Shown here piece by piece: positions 40,005-48,238 of a stretch of 56,864 nt of DNA (position 1 is the first letter of the stretch; each line of letters begins with the position of its first letter). The position numbers and the translations under genes were made by a program. Source of the stretch: Candidatus Omnitrophota bacterium (lineage in GTDB: Bacteria > Omnitrophota > Gorgyraeia > Zapsychrales > Zapsychraceae). The notes beneath the pieces are model-generated. The model did no database searches, had not been told where the DNA came from, and worked only from the letters and a program-made list of their open reading frames with translations. The stretch spans positions 1 to 56,864 of the forward strand of contig JAGOSC010000007.1 in the NCBI GenBank assembly GCA_018062515.1, written 5' to 3'.

Positions 40005-40369
40005 TAAGAGTGAAACTGGAAAGAAAGGATACAAAGAACATATTAGGCTTCTTTACGTGTTTAAATATCATCATAATTCCTGGTTTAATAAATGCGGTTG
40101 GAATGATTCCTAATAGAATAGATGTTCTGGGTTTCTGTTTTTACATTTTTCCCTTGGTTGCCGGTTGGCTTTTTTACAACAAGGGAAAAGATATGATGGC
40201 TAAAATTATGGTATTATGCATAACTTTATCATTGATACTATTGGCGTTATGGATGTATATGCCGTTTCTCGGCAATTTTCTTATCATACCTAACATTTTT
40301 GCTTTTTTTTCGTTATTTTATTGGCTAGTGACAAATAGGAAAGGAATTGAATATGAAAGAAATGGTTAA
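40001..40369 (+). CDS. Small polytopic membrane protein (about 4 TM), unknown
   Basis: ATGA overlap with the ligase stop. Hydrophobic throughout. Confidence 0.5.
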   Translation: MIRVKLERKDTKNILGFFTCLNIIIIPGLINAVGMIPNRIDVLGFCFYIFPLVAGWLFYNKGKDMMAKIMVLCITLSLILLALWMYMPFLGNFLIIPNIFAFFSLFYWLVTNRKGIEYERNG

Positions 40370-41126
40370 AGAAGCACACATGACAGGAAAAGATTTAATG
40401 GGAATGGTTCAATTAACACCCGAGGCTGTGGGGAAATATGCGATTGTTCCTGGTCCTCGAGAACGCGCGGATGCGATTGTTAAAAGAATTACCAATCCAG
40501 TTAAGAATTTTAGTTTTATGGAATATACCATGCATACCGGTGATTATAAAGGCATCAAATTGACGACGATTAATGGGGGACGTTTTGCTCCGGATACGTC
40601 GATTACGACGGAAATTTTATGTAATGCGCAGATTAAAGGTTTAATCCGCGTTGGCAGTTGCGGGGCCATGCGTGCTGATATGAAGGTCGGAGATATTATT
40701 GTCGTTGACACGGCGATTAAAGGTGACGGAGTTACCAAATATTATGTGAATGATGATTTTGTACCAAAAGCTGATCCGCATTTATCAAAAATTTTGACAA
40801 ACATCGCTAAAAATTCACTTCAGGCTAACGGTCTCGTCGGAAATACAGTCCACGTCGGTCCTTGCTGGACGACGGATGCGATATTAAGAGAAACACGGGA
40901 ACATGTCTCTAAGGCGGTTAGTCAAGGCGCTATCGCGGTCGATATGGTGACCTCCGCGTTATTAACTATTTGTAATCTTTATAAAATTCCAGCGGCCGTT
41001 ATTTTGGCAGTCAGCGACAATGTCATCACCGGTGAAATGGGATTTATGAATCCGGATTATTATATGGCAGAAGGTGCAATTATCAATATCGCCCTCGATG
41101 CGATTATGGAATTAGAAAAGAAATAA
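40353..41126 (+). CDS. NP-I (PNP/UDP) family nucleoside phosphorylase-like protein, paralogue 1
   Basis: VPGPRERA..., IRVGSCGA and MKVGDIIV pattern resembling Udp/DeoD-type phosphorylases. The ATG at 40353 follows AAGGA. Substrate cannot be assigned. Confidence 0.7.
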   Translation: MKEMVKEAHMTGKDLMGMVQLTPEAVGKYAIVPGPRERADAIVKRITNPVKNFSFMEYTMHTGDYKGIKLTTINGGRFAPDTSITTEILCNAQIKGLIRVGSCGAMRADMKVGDIIVVDTAIKGDGVTKYYVNDDFVPKADPHLSKILTNIAKNSLQANGLVGNTVHVGPCWTTDAILRETREHVSKAVSQGAIAVDMVTSALLTICNLYKIPAAVILAVSDNVITGEMGFMNPDYYMAEGAIINIALDAIMELEKK

Positions 41127-41136
41127 GGATAAATTT

Positions 41137-41892
41137 ATGACAGGCATGACCAAAGATATTTATCTTTCCGGTAAAGAATTAACGCAAATGGTTCAGTTGT
41201 TGCCAAAGGACGTAGGGCGATATGCAGTTGTTCCGGGTCCGCGTGATCGGTTGAAAGGAATTTTAGCGGAAGTAGAGAAGCCGGTCAAAAATTTCAGTTT
41301 TATGGAATACGAAATGCATACCGGTCATATCGACGGGGTCAAAGCCACTTTTATGAATGGCGGACGATACTCGGCAGACACAGCGATTACGACGGAATTA
41401 TTATGTGCCGTCGAGATTCCGATTATTTTCCGTTTGGGAACGTGTGGCGCTTTGCGTGAAGACATGAAAATTGGTGATGTGGTCGTTGTTGAAAATGCAT
41501 TATCCAATGACGGTGTGACGCCATTCTATATCAATGATAAAAATTTTGAACCAAAATCCGATATGAAGTTGGTGAATGAAGTCGTCAAAGCGGTCGAATC
41601 CGTCGGATTAAAAGTCCATCGGGGTAAAGTGTGGTCACATGACGCATTGTTAAGACAGACACGTGAGAGCGTCAACCAAGCGATTGACCAGGGGTGTCTC
41701 GCTTCGGATATGGTGTCCTCAACATTTTTAAGTATTTGTCATTTGAATAAAACATCAGGTGTATCGATTCTTGCCGTCGGGGACAATGTCGTCAAAGGCG
41801 AATTTGGTTATTTAGATACCAATTTTTATATGACGGAATATATGTTAACCGGAGCCTGTTTTAAAGTCATTAAAAATTTAGGGATAAAATAA
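41137..41892 (+). CDS. NP-I (PNP/UDP) family nucleoside phosphorylase-like protein, paralogue 2
   Basis: Colinear with paralogue 1 (VPGPRDR, KNFSFMEYEMHTG, FRLGTCGA, MKIGDVVVV). By eye, roughly half the residues are identical. Confidence 0.7.
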   Translation: MTGMTKDIYLSGKELTQMVQLLPKDVGRYAVVPGPRDRLKGILAEVEKPVKNFSFMEYEMHTGHIDGVKATFMNGGRYSADTAITTELLCAVEIPIIFRLGTCGALREDMKIGDVVVVENALSNDGVTPFYINDKNFEPKSDMKLVNEVVKAVESVGLKVHRGKVWSHDALLRQTRESVNQAIDQGCLASDMVSSTFLSICHLNKTSGVSILAVGDNVVKGEFGYLDTNFYMTEYMLTGACFKVIKNLGIK

Positions 41893-41895
41893 AAT

Positions 41896-42885
41896 ATGAA
41901 TAAACCAGCTCACAAATTAAAAGAATCACCGTTATTTTGGCCGGCCAAATTAAAGGGCGCAACATTAAAAGTTTTGGATGAAACTCAAATTCCGAACAAA
42001 GTTGAATATATTGACGTTAAGTCGACGGGGGACGCGGTTAGAGTCATAAGACAAATGAAAACGAGAGCGTTCGGTCAATTTTTAGTTGTTTTAAATACTT
42101 TTCTTTTGGAATTAAGAGCCAATCCGTCTGTGTCCGATAAAATGCTGTTATTAAAATTGAAGAAAACGGCTGAACGATTAAATAACAGCCGGCCGACATT
42201 TCCTTTTTCGGAAGTCACGTCGATTGTGATTCACTGGGCGAATGATGCTTATGAAAAGAAATTAAATTTACGGGAAATCGTCGCTGTGAATGTTGAAGGC
42301 TATTTAAAAGGCATTCGTTATCGACGATTAGATCGTGTGAATCGTATTGCCAATTTACTTCAAGATGGTGATCGAATTTTGACGCATTGTAATGTTAGCG
42401 GCGAGTTAGCGATGGCATCTAATATTGCCGTTAATCAGAATAAAAAAATTCACTATTTCGCGACGGAAACGCGTCCGTATATGCAAGGCTCTAAGTTGAC
42501 TTGTTGGGAACTTAAACGAATGGGCGCCGATGTAACTCTCATCGCTGATAATGCCATCGGTTCGGTCATGAGTGATGGATTGGTCAATAAAGTCATCGTC
42601 GGATCTGATCGTTCTTGTGCTAATGGTGATTTTGCGAATAAAATCGGCACATATCAAATTGCTGTTTTGGCGAAAGAATTTAATTTGCCATTTTATGTTA
42701 TGACTCAACCGTCGAATAAAGTGAAAACCGGCGAAGACATTCCCATCGAAATCAGAAATGCCAATGAGCTTTTAACGTTTTATAAAAAGAAAATTGTGTC
42801 CGGTGTGATCAATGGTTTCTATCCGGGTTTTGATGTTGTTCCCAATGAATTGATTACCGAATCAATACCGATCAACGTAAATTAG
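41896..42885 (+). CDS. eIF-2B alpha/beta/delta-family sugar-phosphate isomerase (MtnA / 5-deoxyribose-1-P isomerase-like)
   Basis: LTHCNVSGELA (catalytic Cys loop), TETRPYMQG and VGSDRSCANGDFANKIGTYQ (catalytic Asp) motifs. 329 aa. Confidence 0.8.
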   Translation: MNKPAHKLKESPLFWPAKLKGATLKVLDETQIPNKVEYIDVKSTGDAVRVIRQMKTRAFGQFLVVLNTFLLELRANPSVSDKMLLLKLKKTAERLNNSRPTFPFSEVTSIVIHWANDAYEKKLNLREIVAVNVEGYLKGIRYRRLDRVNRIANLLQDGDRILTHCNVSGELAMASNIAVNQNKKIHYFATETRPYMQGSKLTCWELKRMGADVTLIADNAIGSVMSDGLVNKVIVGSDRSCANGDFANKIGTYQIAVLAKEFNLPFYVMTQPSNKVKTGEDIPIEIRNANELLTFYKKKIVSGVINGFYPGFDVVPNELITESIPINVN

Positions 42886-42893
42886 GATGAATC

Positions 42894-43409
42894 ATGAAGG
42901 CTGAACAAGAAAAGCAACAAGATGTATTAAGTGAATTTAAAGAATCGGTCGTATTGATGCAGGGCGTATTTGACCCGATATATTTTGATTTAGTCAAAAA
43001 AAATAATTTCAAAGACGTGTTTGTCCTCGAGGGACGCCCATCATTAGAATCCGCGCAATTTTCGTGTAATGAATTGATTAAACGAAAAATCAAACCGACT
43101 TTAATTGCCGATAGTATGGCGGGTTTTTTGTTTTATAAGAATTTAGTCAAGGAAGTATGGTTATCCTATCAGCAGGTCGACGAAAAAGGTGCTCTATGCC
43201 AAATTGGTGCTTTGATTTTGGGTGTACTCGGGAAAAAACACAATGTGCCGGTTAAAGTTTTTCCTAATCCTTATAAAGTAAATCTCGTCGGCCATCAGAG
43301 AGAAATCTTTTATTTCAATGGCGTGAAGGTTGCTCCCAGCAATATTAAGGGATATGTGCCGTTGGCGGAATGGGTGCCGAGGAAATATATAACGGAGATT
43401 AATTCGTAA
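42894..43409 (+). CDS. Truncated, degenerate eIF-2B-family paralogue (C-terminal Rossmann half only)
   Basis: 171 aa. VLEGRPSLES..ELIKRKIKPTLIADSMAGFLF aligns with TETRPYMQG..TLIADNAIGSVM of the upstream gene. The GSDR catalytic segment reads LSYQ, and the N-terminal domain with the Cys loop is absent. Confidence 0.55.
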   Translation: MKAEQEKQQDVLSEFKESVVLMQGVFDPIYFDLVKKNNFKDVFVLEGRPSLESAQFSCNELIKRKIKPTLIADSMAGFLFYKNLVKEVWLSYQQVDEKGALCQIGALILGVLGKKHNVPVKVFPNPYKVNLVGHQREIFYFNGVKVAPSNIKGYVPLAEWVPRKYITEINS

Positions 43410-44422
43410 TGGCTGATCATATTCAACAATTAAAAGATCATATCATCACCATTGGCCGCCTATTGTGGGAAAAAGATTTAGTCAGCGGTCTTAACGGTAA
43501 CATCAGCGCACGCGTGGATGAAGAAAGAATTTTGTTGACAGCGACGGGATCTTGTTTAGGTATGCTGCAGGAAGAAGATATTCTCCTCATGCGTTTATCT
43601 GGGGAAATGATTGATGAAGGAAAAGTATCGACGGAAAAACTTCTTCATACCGAAATTTATAAAAATTTCAAAGAAACGGCGGCCGTCATACACACGCATT
43701 TAACGTATACCAATGCATACTTTCTAGAGAATGCTGTTTTAAAGCCGAGAATTTTTGAGACACGTATTTATTTAGGCGAAGTTACCGGTGTTCCGCAGAA
43801 TACACCAGCGGTGACCGACGCTGCACCCGTCATCGATTCTTTGAAAAGAAACAATATTGTTGCGCTACGTAATCATGGTGTTGTCGCCATGGGATTAGAA
43901 CACTTTGATTGTTTTTTATTGATTCAAGCGCTTGAAGAAGCAGCCAAGATTGATGCGATTAGTCGGTTATATACAAAGAAGGATCAAGGTTCAACTCATG
44001 ATCAAAAAACGGAAATACAAAATCAGCCGCAGCCTTCAAGTGGAAAAAAATATGCATTATTCTCGTCGGAACAAATCGCGGACATTGTTAAATATGTGAA
44101 TGAAGATCCTCAAATGGCTGAATTAGGTCAAAAGACAAACATGACGATGGATTTAGCGGTTAAGCTGGACGAGACTGGTAAAACATACAGCTTTAGATTC
44201 AAACAAGGCAGAATATCGGAAGTCGGAAATGATGAAAATGCGGAATTTTTAATTAATGCGCCCGAAAAAATTTGGCGAGCGGTTTTTAACCGAGAAATTG
44301 ATCCGTTCGTCGCTACGACGCAAAAGAAAATGCATTTGCGTGGAGATTTCGCGAAGATCTCTAAATGGTATGCGCCTTGTTCACGCGTATTTGAATTGTG
44401 GTCACGGGTACCGGTAGAATAA
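43409..44422 (+). CDS. Class II aldolase/adducin-domain protein fused to a C-terminal SCP2-like domain
   Basis: N-terminal half: LNGNISAR, HTEIY, AVIHTH and RNHGVVAMG (class II aldolase/MtnB/FucA-like metal ligands). Low-complexity linker KKDQGSTHDQKTEIQNQPQPSSGKK. The C-terminal ~120 aa are SCP2-like (..FLINAPEKIWRAVFNREIDPFVATTQKKMHLRGDFAK). TAATG overlap with the previous gene. Confidence 0.72.
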   Translation: MADHIQQLKDHIITIGRLLWEKDLVSGLNGNISARVDEERILLTATGSCLGMLQEEDILLMRLSGEMIDEGKVSTEKLLHTEIYKNFKETAAVIHTHLTYTNAYFLENAVLKPRIFETRIYLGEVTGVPQNTPAVTDAAPVIDSLKRNNIVALRNHGVVAMGLEHFDCFLLIQALEEAAKIDAISRLYTKKDQGSTHDQKTEIQNQPQPSSGKKYALFSSEQIADIVKYVNEDPQMAELGQKTNMTMDLAVKLDETGKTYSFRFKQGRISEVGNDENAEFLINAPEKIWRAVFNREIDPFVATTQKKMHLRGDFAKISKWYAPCSRVFELWSRVPVE

Positions 44423-45909
44423 TGAAAGCAATTGAATTGAGACAATATGAGCTTTTTATCGACGGAAAGTTAGTGTCCGCTCAAAAGTATTTTGATGCCA
44501 TCAATCCTTCGAACGGAGAAGTTTTTGCCAAGATCGCTGATGCTTCCGTTGAAGATATGCATAAAGCCATAGCTGCTGCTCGTCGTGCATTTGATCATGG
44601 GCCTTGGAAAGATTTCAGTTTTGCTCAACGCGGAATTTATCTGAAGAAGATGGCGAAGAAGATCCGAGACCATGCCAAGGAATTAGCTGAATTAGAAACA
44701 TTGAGTGTAGGAAAAACGAGTAAACATGCGAATTTTATTGATGTTCCAACAGCCATTGAAACATTTGAGTATTTTAGTGATGTTAATTTAGAAGGTTTAA
44801 CGCGGATTAATCCCGTCGACGCACCTGTAAAAAGTTTAACCAAGAAAGAACCGCTCGGCGTCATTGGAAGTTTATTTGCTTACAATTATCCGATTATTTA
44901 TTCAGCCTGGAAATTAGCCCCGGCTTTGATGACGGGAAATTGCGTGATTCTAAAACCATCGCCTAAGGCCTGCGCTTCGGTCATGCGTTTAGCGCAATTG
45001 TTGGCTGATTGTGATTTACCTAACGGAGTGATTAATATCGTTTCGACACAAGATAATAAAACCGCTATGGCTTTAGTCAGTCATCCCGACGTCAATATGA
45101 TCAGTTTTACCGGCGGAAATAAAACCGGACAGCTCATTATGCAAGAAGCAGCGAAGACGACTAAAAAGATTTCATTAGAGCTTGGTGGTAAATCACCGAA
45201 TATTGTTTTTGCGGATTGTGAAATGGAAGCGGCTTTAGGAGGAACATTGTCGTCGATATTTATTAATCAAGGACAAATGTGTACGGCCGGATCACGATTA
45301 TTCGTCGAGGAATCAATTTATGAACCGTTTGTTAAGAGATTAGTTGAACGTGCGCGATCGCTTAAAATAGGGGACGCGTCGGATTACACGACGGAATTCG
45401 GACCAATGACTTCAAAAGAACAGAGAGATGCTGTTTTAACTCATATTAATGAAGCGGTGAAGGACGGAGCAAAAATAGCGTGCGGCGGAAAAATACCGAC
45501 GGAAGTTTCTTCAAAAGGATATTATATTGAGCCGACCATTTTAACAAATGTAAACAATAGTATGGCGATTGTCCGCGATGAGGTGTTTGGGCCGGTCTTA
45601 TGTATTTTTAAATTCATCGACGAGAAAAATGTTATTCAAATGGCTAATGATTCCATATTTGGTTTAGCTGCGAGTGTATGGACCAAAGATCCGGCTAAAG
45701 CTGAGCGCGTGACGAATCAATTACAAGTCGGAACGGTTTGGATCAATACGTATGGCGGATTTTATAATCAAGCTCCTTTTGGAGGATATAAGCAGAGTGG
45801 ATTTGGACGCGAGTTAGGCCCAGAAGGAATGCTGGAATATATGCAGACAAAACATGTTTGTATCGACCAGACACCCGGGGGTATGCCTTTAGCCGCGTCG
45901 TGGTTCTGA
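44422..45909 (+). CDS. NAD(P)-dependent aldehyde dehydrogenase
   Basis: ELGGKSP and QGQMCTAGSR (catalytic Cys) motifs. The ATG at 44422 overlaps the aldolase stop (TAATG). Confidence 0.92.
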   Translation: MKAIELRQYELFIDGKLVSAQKYFDAINPSNGEVFAKIADASVEDMHKAIAAARRAFDHGPWKDFSFAQRGIYLKKMAKKIRDHAKELAELETLSVGKTSKHANFIDVPTAIETFEYFSDVNLEGLTRINPVDAPVKSLTKKEPLGVIGSLFAYNYPIIYSAWKLAPALMTGNCVILKPSPKACASVMRLAQLLADCDLPNGVINIVSTQDNKTAMALVSHPDVNMISFTGGNKTGQLIMQEAAKTTKKISLELGGKSPNIVFADCEMEAALGGTLSSIFINQGQMCTAGSRLFVEESIYEPFVKRLVERARSLKIGDASDYTTEFGPMTSKEQRDAVLTHINEAVKDGAKIACGGKIPTEVSSKGYYIEPTILTNVNNSMAIVRDEVFGPVLCIFKFIDEKNVIQMANDSIFGLAASVWTKDPAKAERVTNQLQVGTVWINTYGGFYNQAPFGGYKQSGFGRELGPEGMLEYMQTKHVCIDQTPGGMPLAASWF

Positions 45910-45995
45910 CTGAACACATTTCAAAAGGCAATGTTGTTTATCATGGTTAATTTTATTTCAAAAATTAAAAAATAAAACGAATCATGGGAATTTAA

Positions 45996-46352
45996 ATGAA
46001 TAATTTGAAAAATATAATGTCTACAGTATCGATCTTATTAATCATTTCAGTCATATACTCGATTATGGTTATTGGATTGTCCTTGTCTATGGAATTAAAT
46101 TACACAGCTTCTTTAATGGGGCGTTTATGGTATCCGTATGTTTTCTTTATTGTTTTGACCGGTCCTTTAGCGCTGTTAATCTCTCCATCTCTTGGTATCT
46201 TTTTTAAAATATTTTATTTTCTATTGTTTACATCAATTTTTGTGTTGTGTTGCAGTTATTTACGATATAAATCGAAAATTTTGTCAATTATAGTGATAAG
46301 TCTTTGGTGTGTATTAGGATTTTTTTTGGCTCTTGATGTACCCATGCTTTAA
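45996..46352 (+). CDS. Small polytopic membrane protein (about 4 TM), unknown
   Basis: 118 aa, almost entirely hydrophobic. Confidence 0.5.
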   Translation: MNNLKNIMSTVSILLIISVIYSIMVIGLSLSMELNYTASLMGRLWYPYVFFIVLTGPLALLISPSLGIFFKIFYFLLFTSIFVLCCSYLRYKSKILSIIVISLWCVLGFFLALDVPML

Positions 46353-46390
46353 TTAAAATATGATGAAATTAATAACATAGGAGAAAAATT

Positions 46391-47860
46391 ATGAAAGTTT
46401 TATTTTTAACGCCGCCTTTGAAAGCTTGGGATTCACATGGATATCATCGGGCCGCTAATCAAATGCATGCCCAAGCCGCCGCTTATGTACGAAAAAATAA
46501 TACCGCTGACGTTGTGGCATTAGATTGCCGTGCGATGGATTATGATTGGACTGAAATGTTAAATCAGGTGGGAAAAATTAATCCTGATATGGTTTTTTTC
46601 GGAGATCAATTATTTTCGACGTGCGGCGCCGCCGTTATTTGGTATTTTAATGAAGCCATGCGGCTCATCAAAAATAAATTTCCAAACATGATTATGGTTG
46701 GAAGCGGTTTATGGTATTCGGCTGATCCTGATCGTCAAATGCGTTTAAATCCGCAAATTGATTATATTCTGATCGGTGAGGCTGAACTGACATTGAATGA
46801 ATTGCTTCAAAACTTAAAATCTAAAAAACAAGATGAACGGGATATCCCCGGGCTTGTTTCTCGACGAGATAAAAAAACAATCGTCATTGGTCCACATCGA
46901 GGATTGATTCCAGATTTAAATGTGCTTCCAATGCCAGCGTACGATTTATTTCCTATGGATAAATATGTCGGGCATACATATTGGAAACCATTCGCTGAAT
47001 TGATGACATCCCGAGGCTGTCCTGGCAAATGCCATTTTTGTTATGAATGGGCATTATATGACAGTCGTTCAGCGGCGAAAGATTTCACTTCATGGCGAGG
47101 TACGTCGGGTAAGAGAATTGTCGACGAGCTTGATGTTTTGGAAAAACAATATGGAGTAACAACCGTCGTTATGCAGGATGATGCGTTTAACAGTGATACA
47201 AAAGCCATGATCGAATTCTGTGAAGAAAAAATAAAACGCGGAAATAAAATCGGCTGGGTTTGTTTGGGACGAGCTGATCAGTGGATATCACAGCACAGCA
47301 TTTTGCCGCTTATGCGCGAAGCCGGATTGTTTATGGCTTTAACTGGCGTCGAGGTTGAATCCGATGCTCAATTAACAAAGACAGGTAAAGGCGTCACCTT
47401 AGGACAAATCAAACAAACGATTAATATTTTACGTGAGCAAAATATCGGAACGGTTGGAACAGTTTTAATCGGATTGCGCGACGATGATGAAGCAAAGATT
47501 AAAGAACGTTTACGCGTCGCTGATGAAATTGATCCCGACGTATTTGCTTTGGATTATTTGACACCTGTGCCTAATTCTCCGGATTGGCGTTATGGTATTC
47601 AGCAAAAATGGTTTGATCCCGAAACGATTGATTTAAAAACGTGGGATTTTCAACATCCGGTTATCCCGACGGATCATTTGTCCGCCGAGGAAGTCGGCCG
47701 ATTAGGCGCGTGGTGTATGCGTGAATATTATTCCAAACCGGAAAGAATTCATCGAATTATGCAAGCTCCTTACGATATGCGCGTTAAATTATGCGTTAAG
47801 GATTTTATGAGTAATATAGCCAAATGGGAAGCCAATTCCCGGGTGCAGACAAATGCTTAA
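46391..47860 (+). CDS. B12-binding-domain radical SAM enzyme
   Basis: CPGKCHFC (CX3CX2C, nt 47018-47041) preceded by an N-terminal Rossmann-like B12-binding-type domain. 489 aa. SD AGGAGAAA upstream. Confidence 0.88.
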   Translation: MKVLFLTPPLKAWDSHGYHRAANQMHAQAAAYVRKNNTADVVALDCRAMDYDWTEMLNQVGKINPDMVFFGDQLFSTCGAAVIWYFNEAMRLIKNKFPNMIMVGSGLWYSADPDRQMRLNPQIDYILIGEAELTLNELLQNLKSKKQDERDIPGLVSRRDKKTIVIGPHRGLIPDLNVLPMPAYDLFPMDKYVGHTYWKPFAELMTSRGCPGKCHFCYEWALYDSRSAAKDFTSWRGTSGKRIVDELDVLEKQYGVTTVVMQDDAFNSDTKAMIEFCEEKIKRGNKIGWVCLGRADQWISQHSILPLMREAGLFMALTGVEVESDAQLTKTGKGVTLGQIKQTINILREQNIGTVGTVLIGLRDDDEAKIKERLRVADEIDPDVFALDYLTPVPNSPDWRYGIQQKWFDPETIDLKTWDFQHPVIPTDHLSAEEVGRLGAWCMREYYSKPERIHRIMQAPYDMRVKLCVKDFMSNIAKWEANSRVQTNA

Positions 47861-47944
47861 GGCCGCCTCTAAAGTTGATAATTTTTGGGCGAGCCTCGTT
47901 CATTTCCTTTAGGTGGAAATGACGAAAAATGAACGGGAGTTATT

Positions 47945-48223
47945 ATGAGTGAAGCGCAAACAGTACAGATTCCATGGGAAACAAAGGCGAGTGAGAAATA
48001 TATGTTAATGATTTCCAAAATTCCTTTGTTTCACCGTGATATTGCTAAACAAGTTGTTGATAAACAGGCGGTCATTAACGCTCAACAGCGAGGATCAACA
48101 CAGGTCGAAGAGGGGGATATCATTTTGGCATTTTTTTCCGAAGTGCCGATGACATTTTACAGTTTGATGATCCGCTTGTTTCAGAATGTTGGTTTTGATT
48201 ACAAAAAATATGAACCTAAATAA
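47945..48223 (+). CDS. Small PCP_red-like (protochlorophyllide reductase C-terminal-like) domain protein
   Basis: IPWETKASEKYMLMISKIPLFHRDIAKQVVDKQA resembles the W..eA...L..iP.f.R pattern of PF08369. Family call is tentative. Confidence 0.5.
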   Translation: MSEAQTVQIPWETKASEKYMLMISKIPLFHRDIAKQVVDKQAVINAQQRGSTQVEEGDIILAFFSEVPMTFYSLMIRLFQNVGFDYKKYEPK

Positions 48224-48238
48224 TCAAGTGATGTCCGT

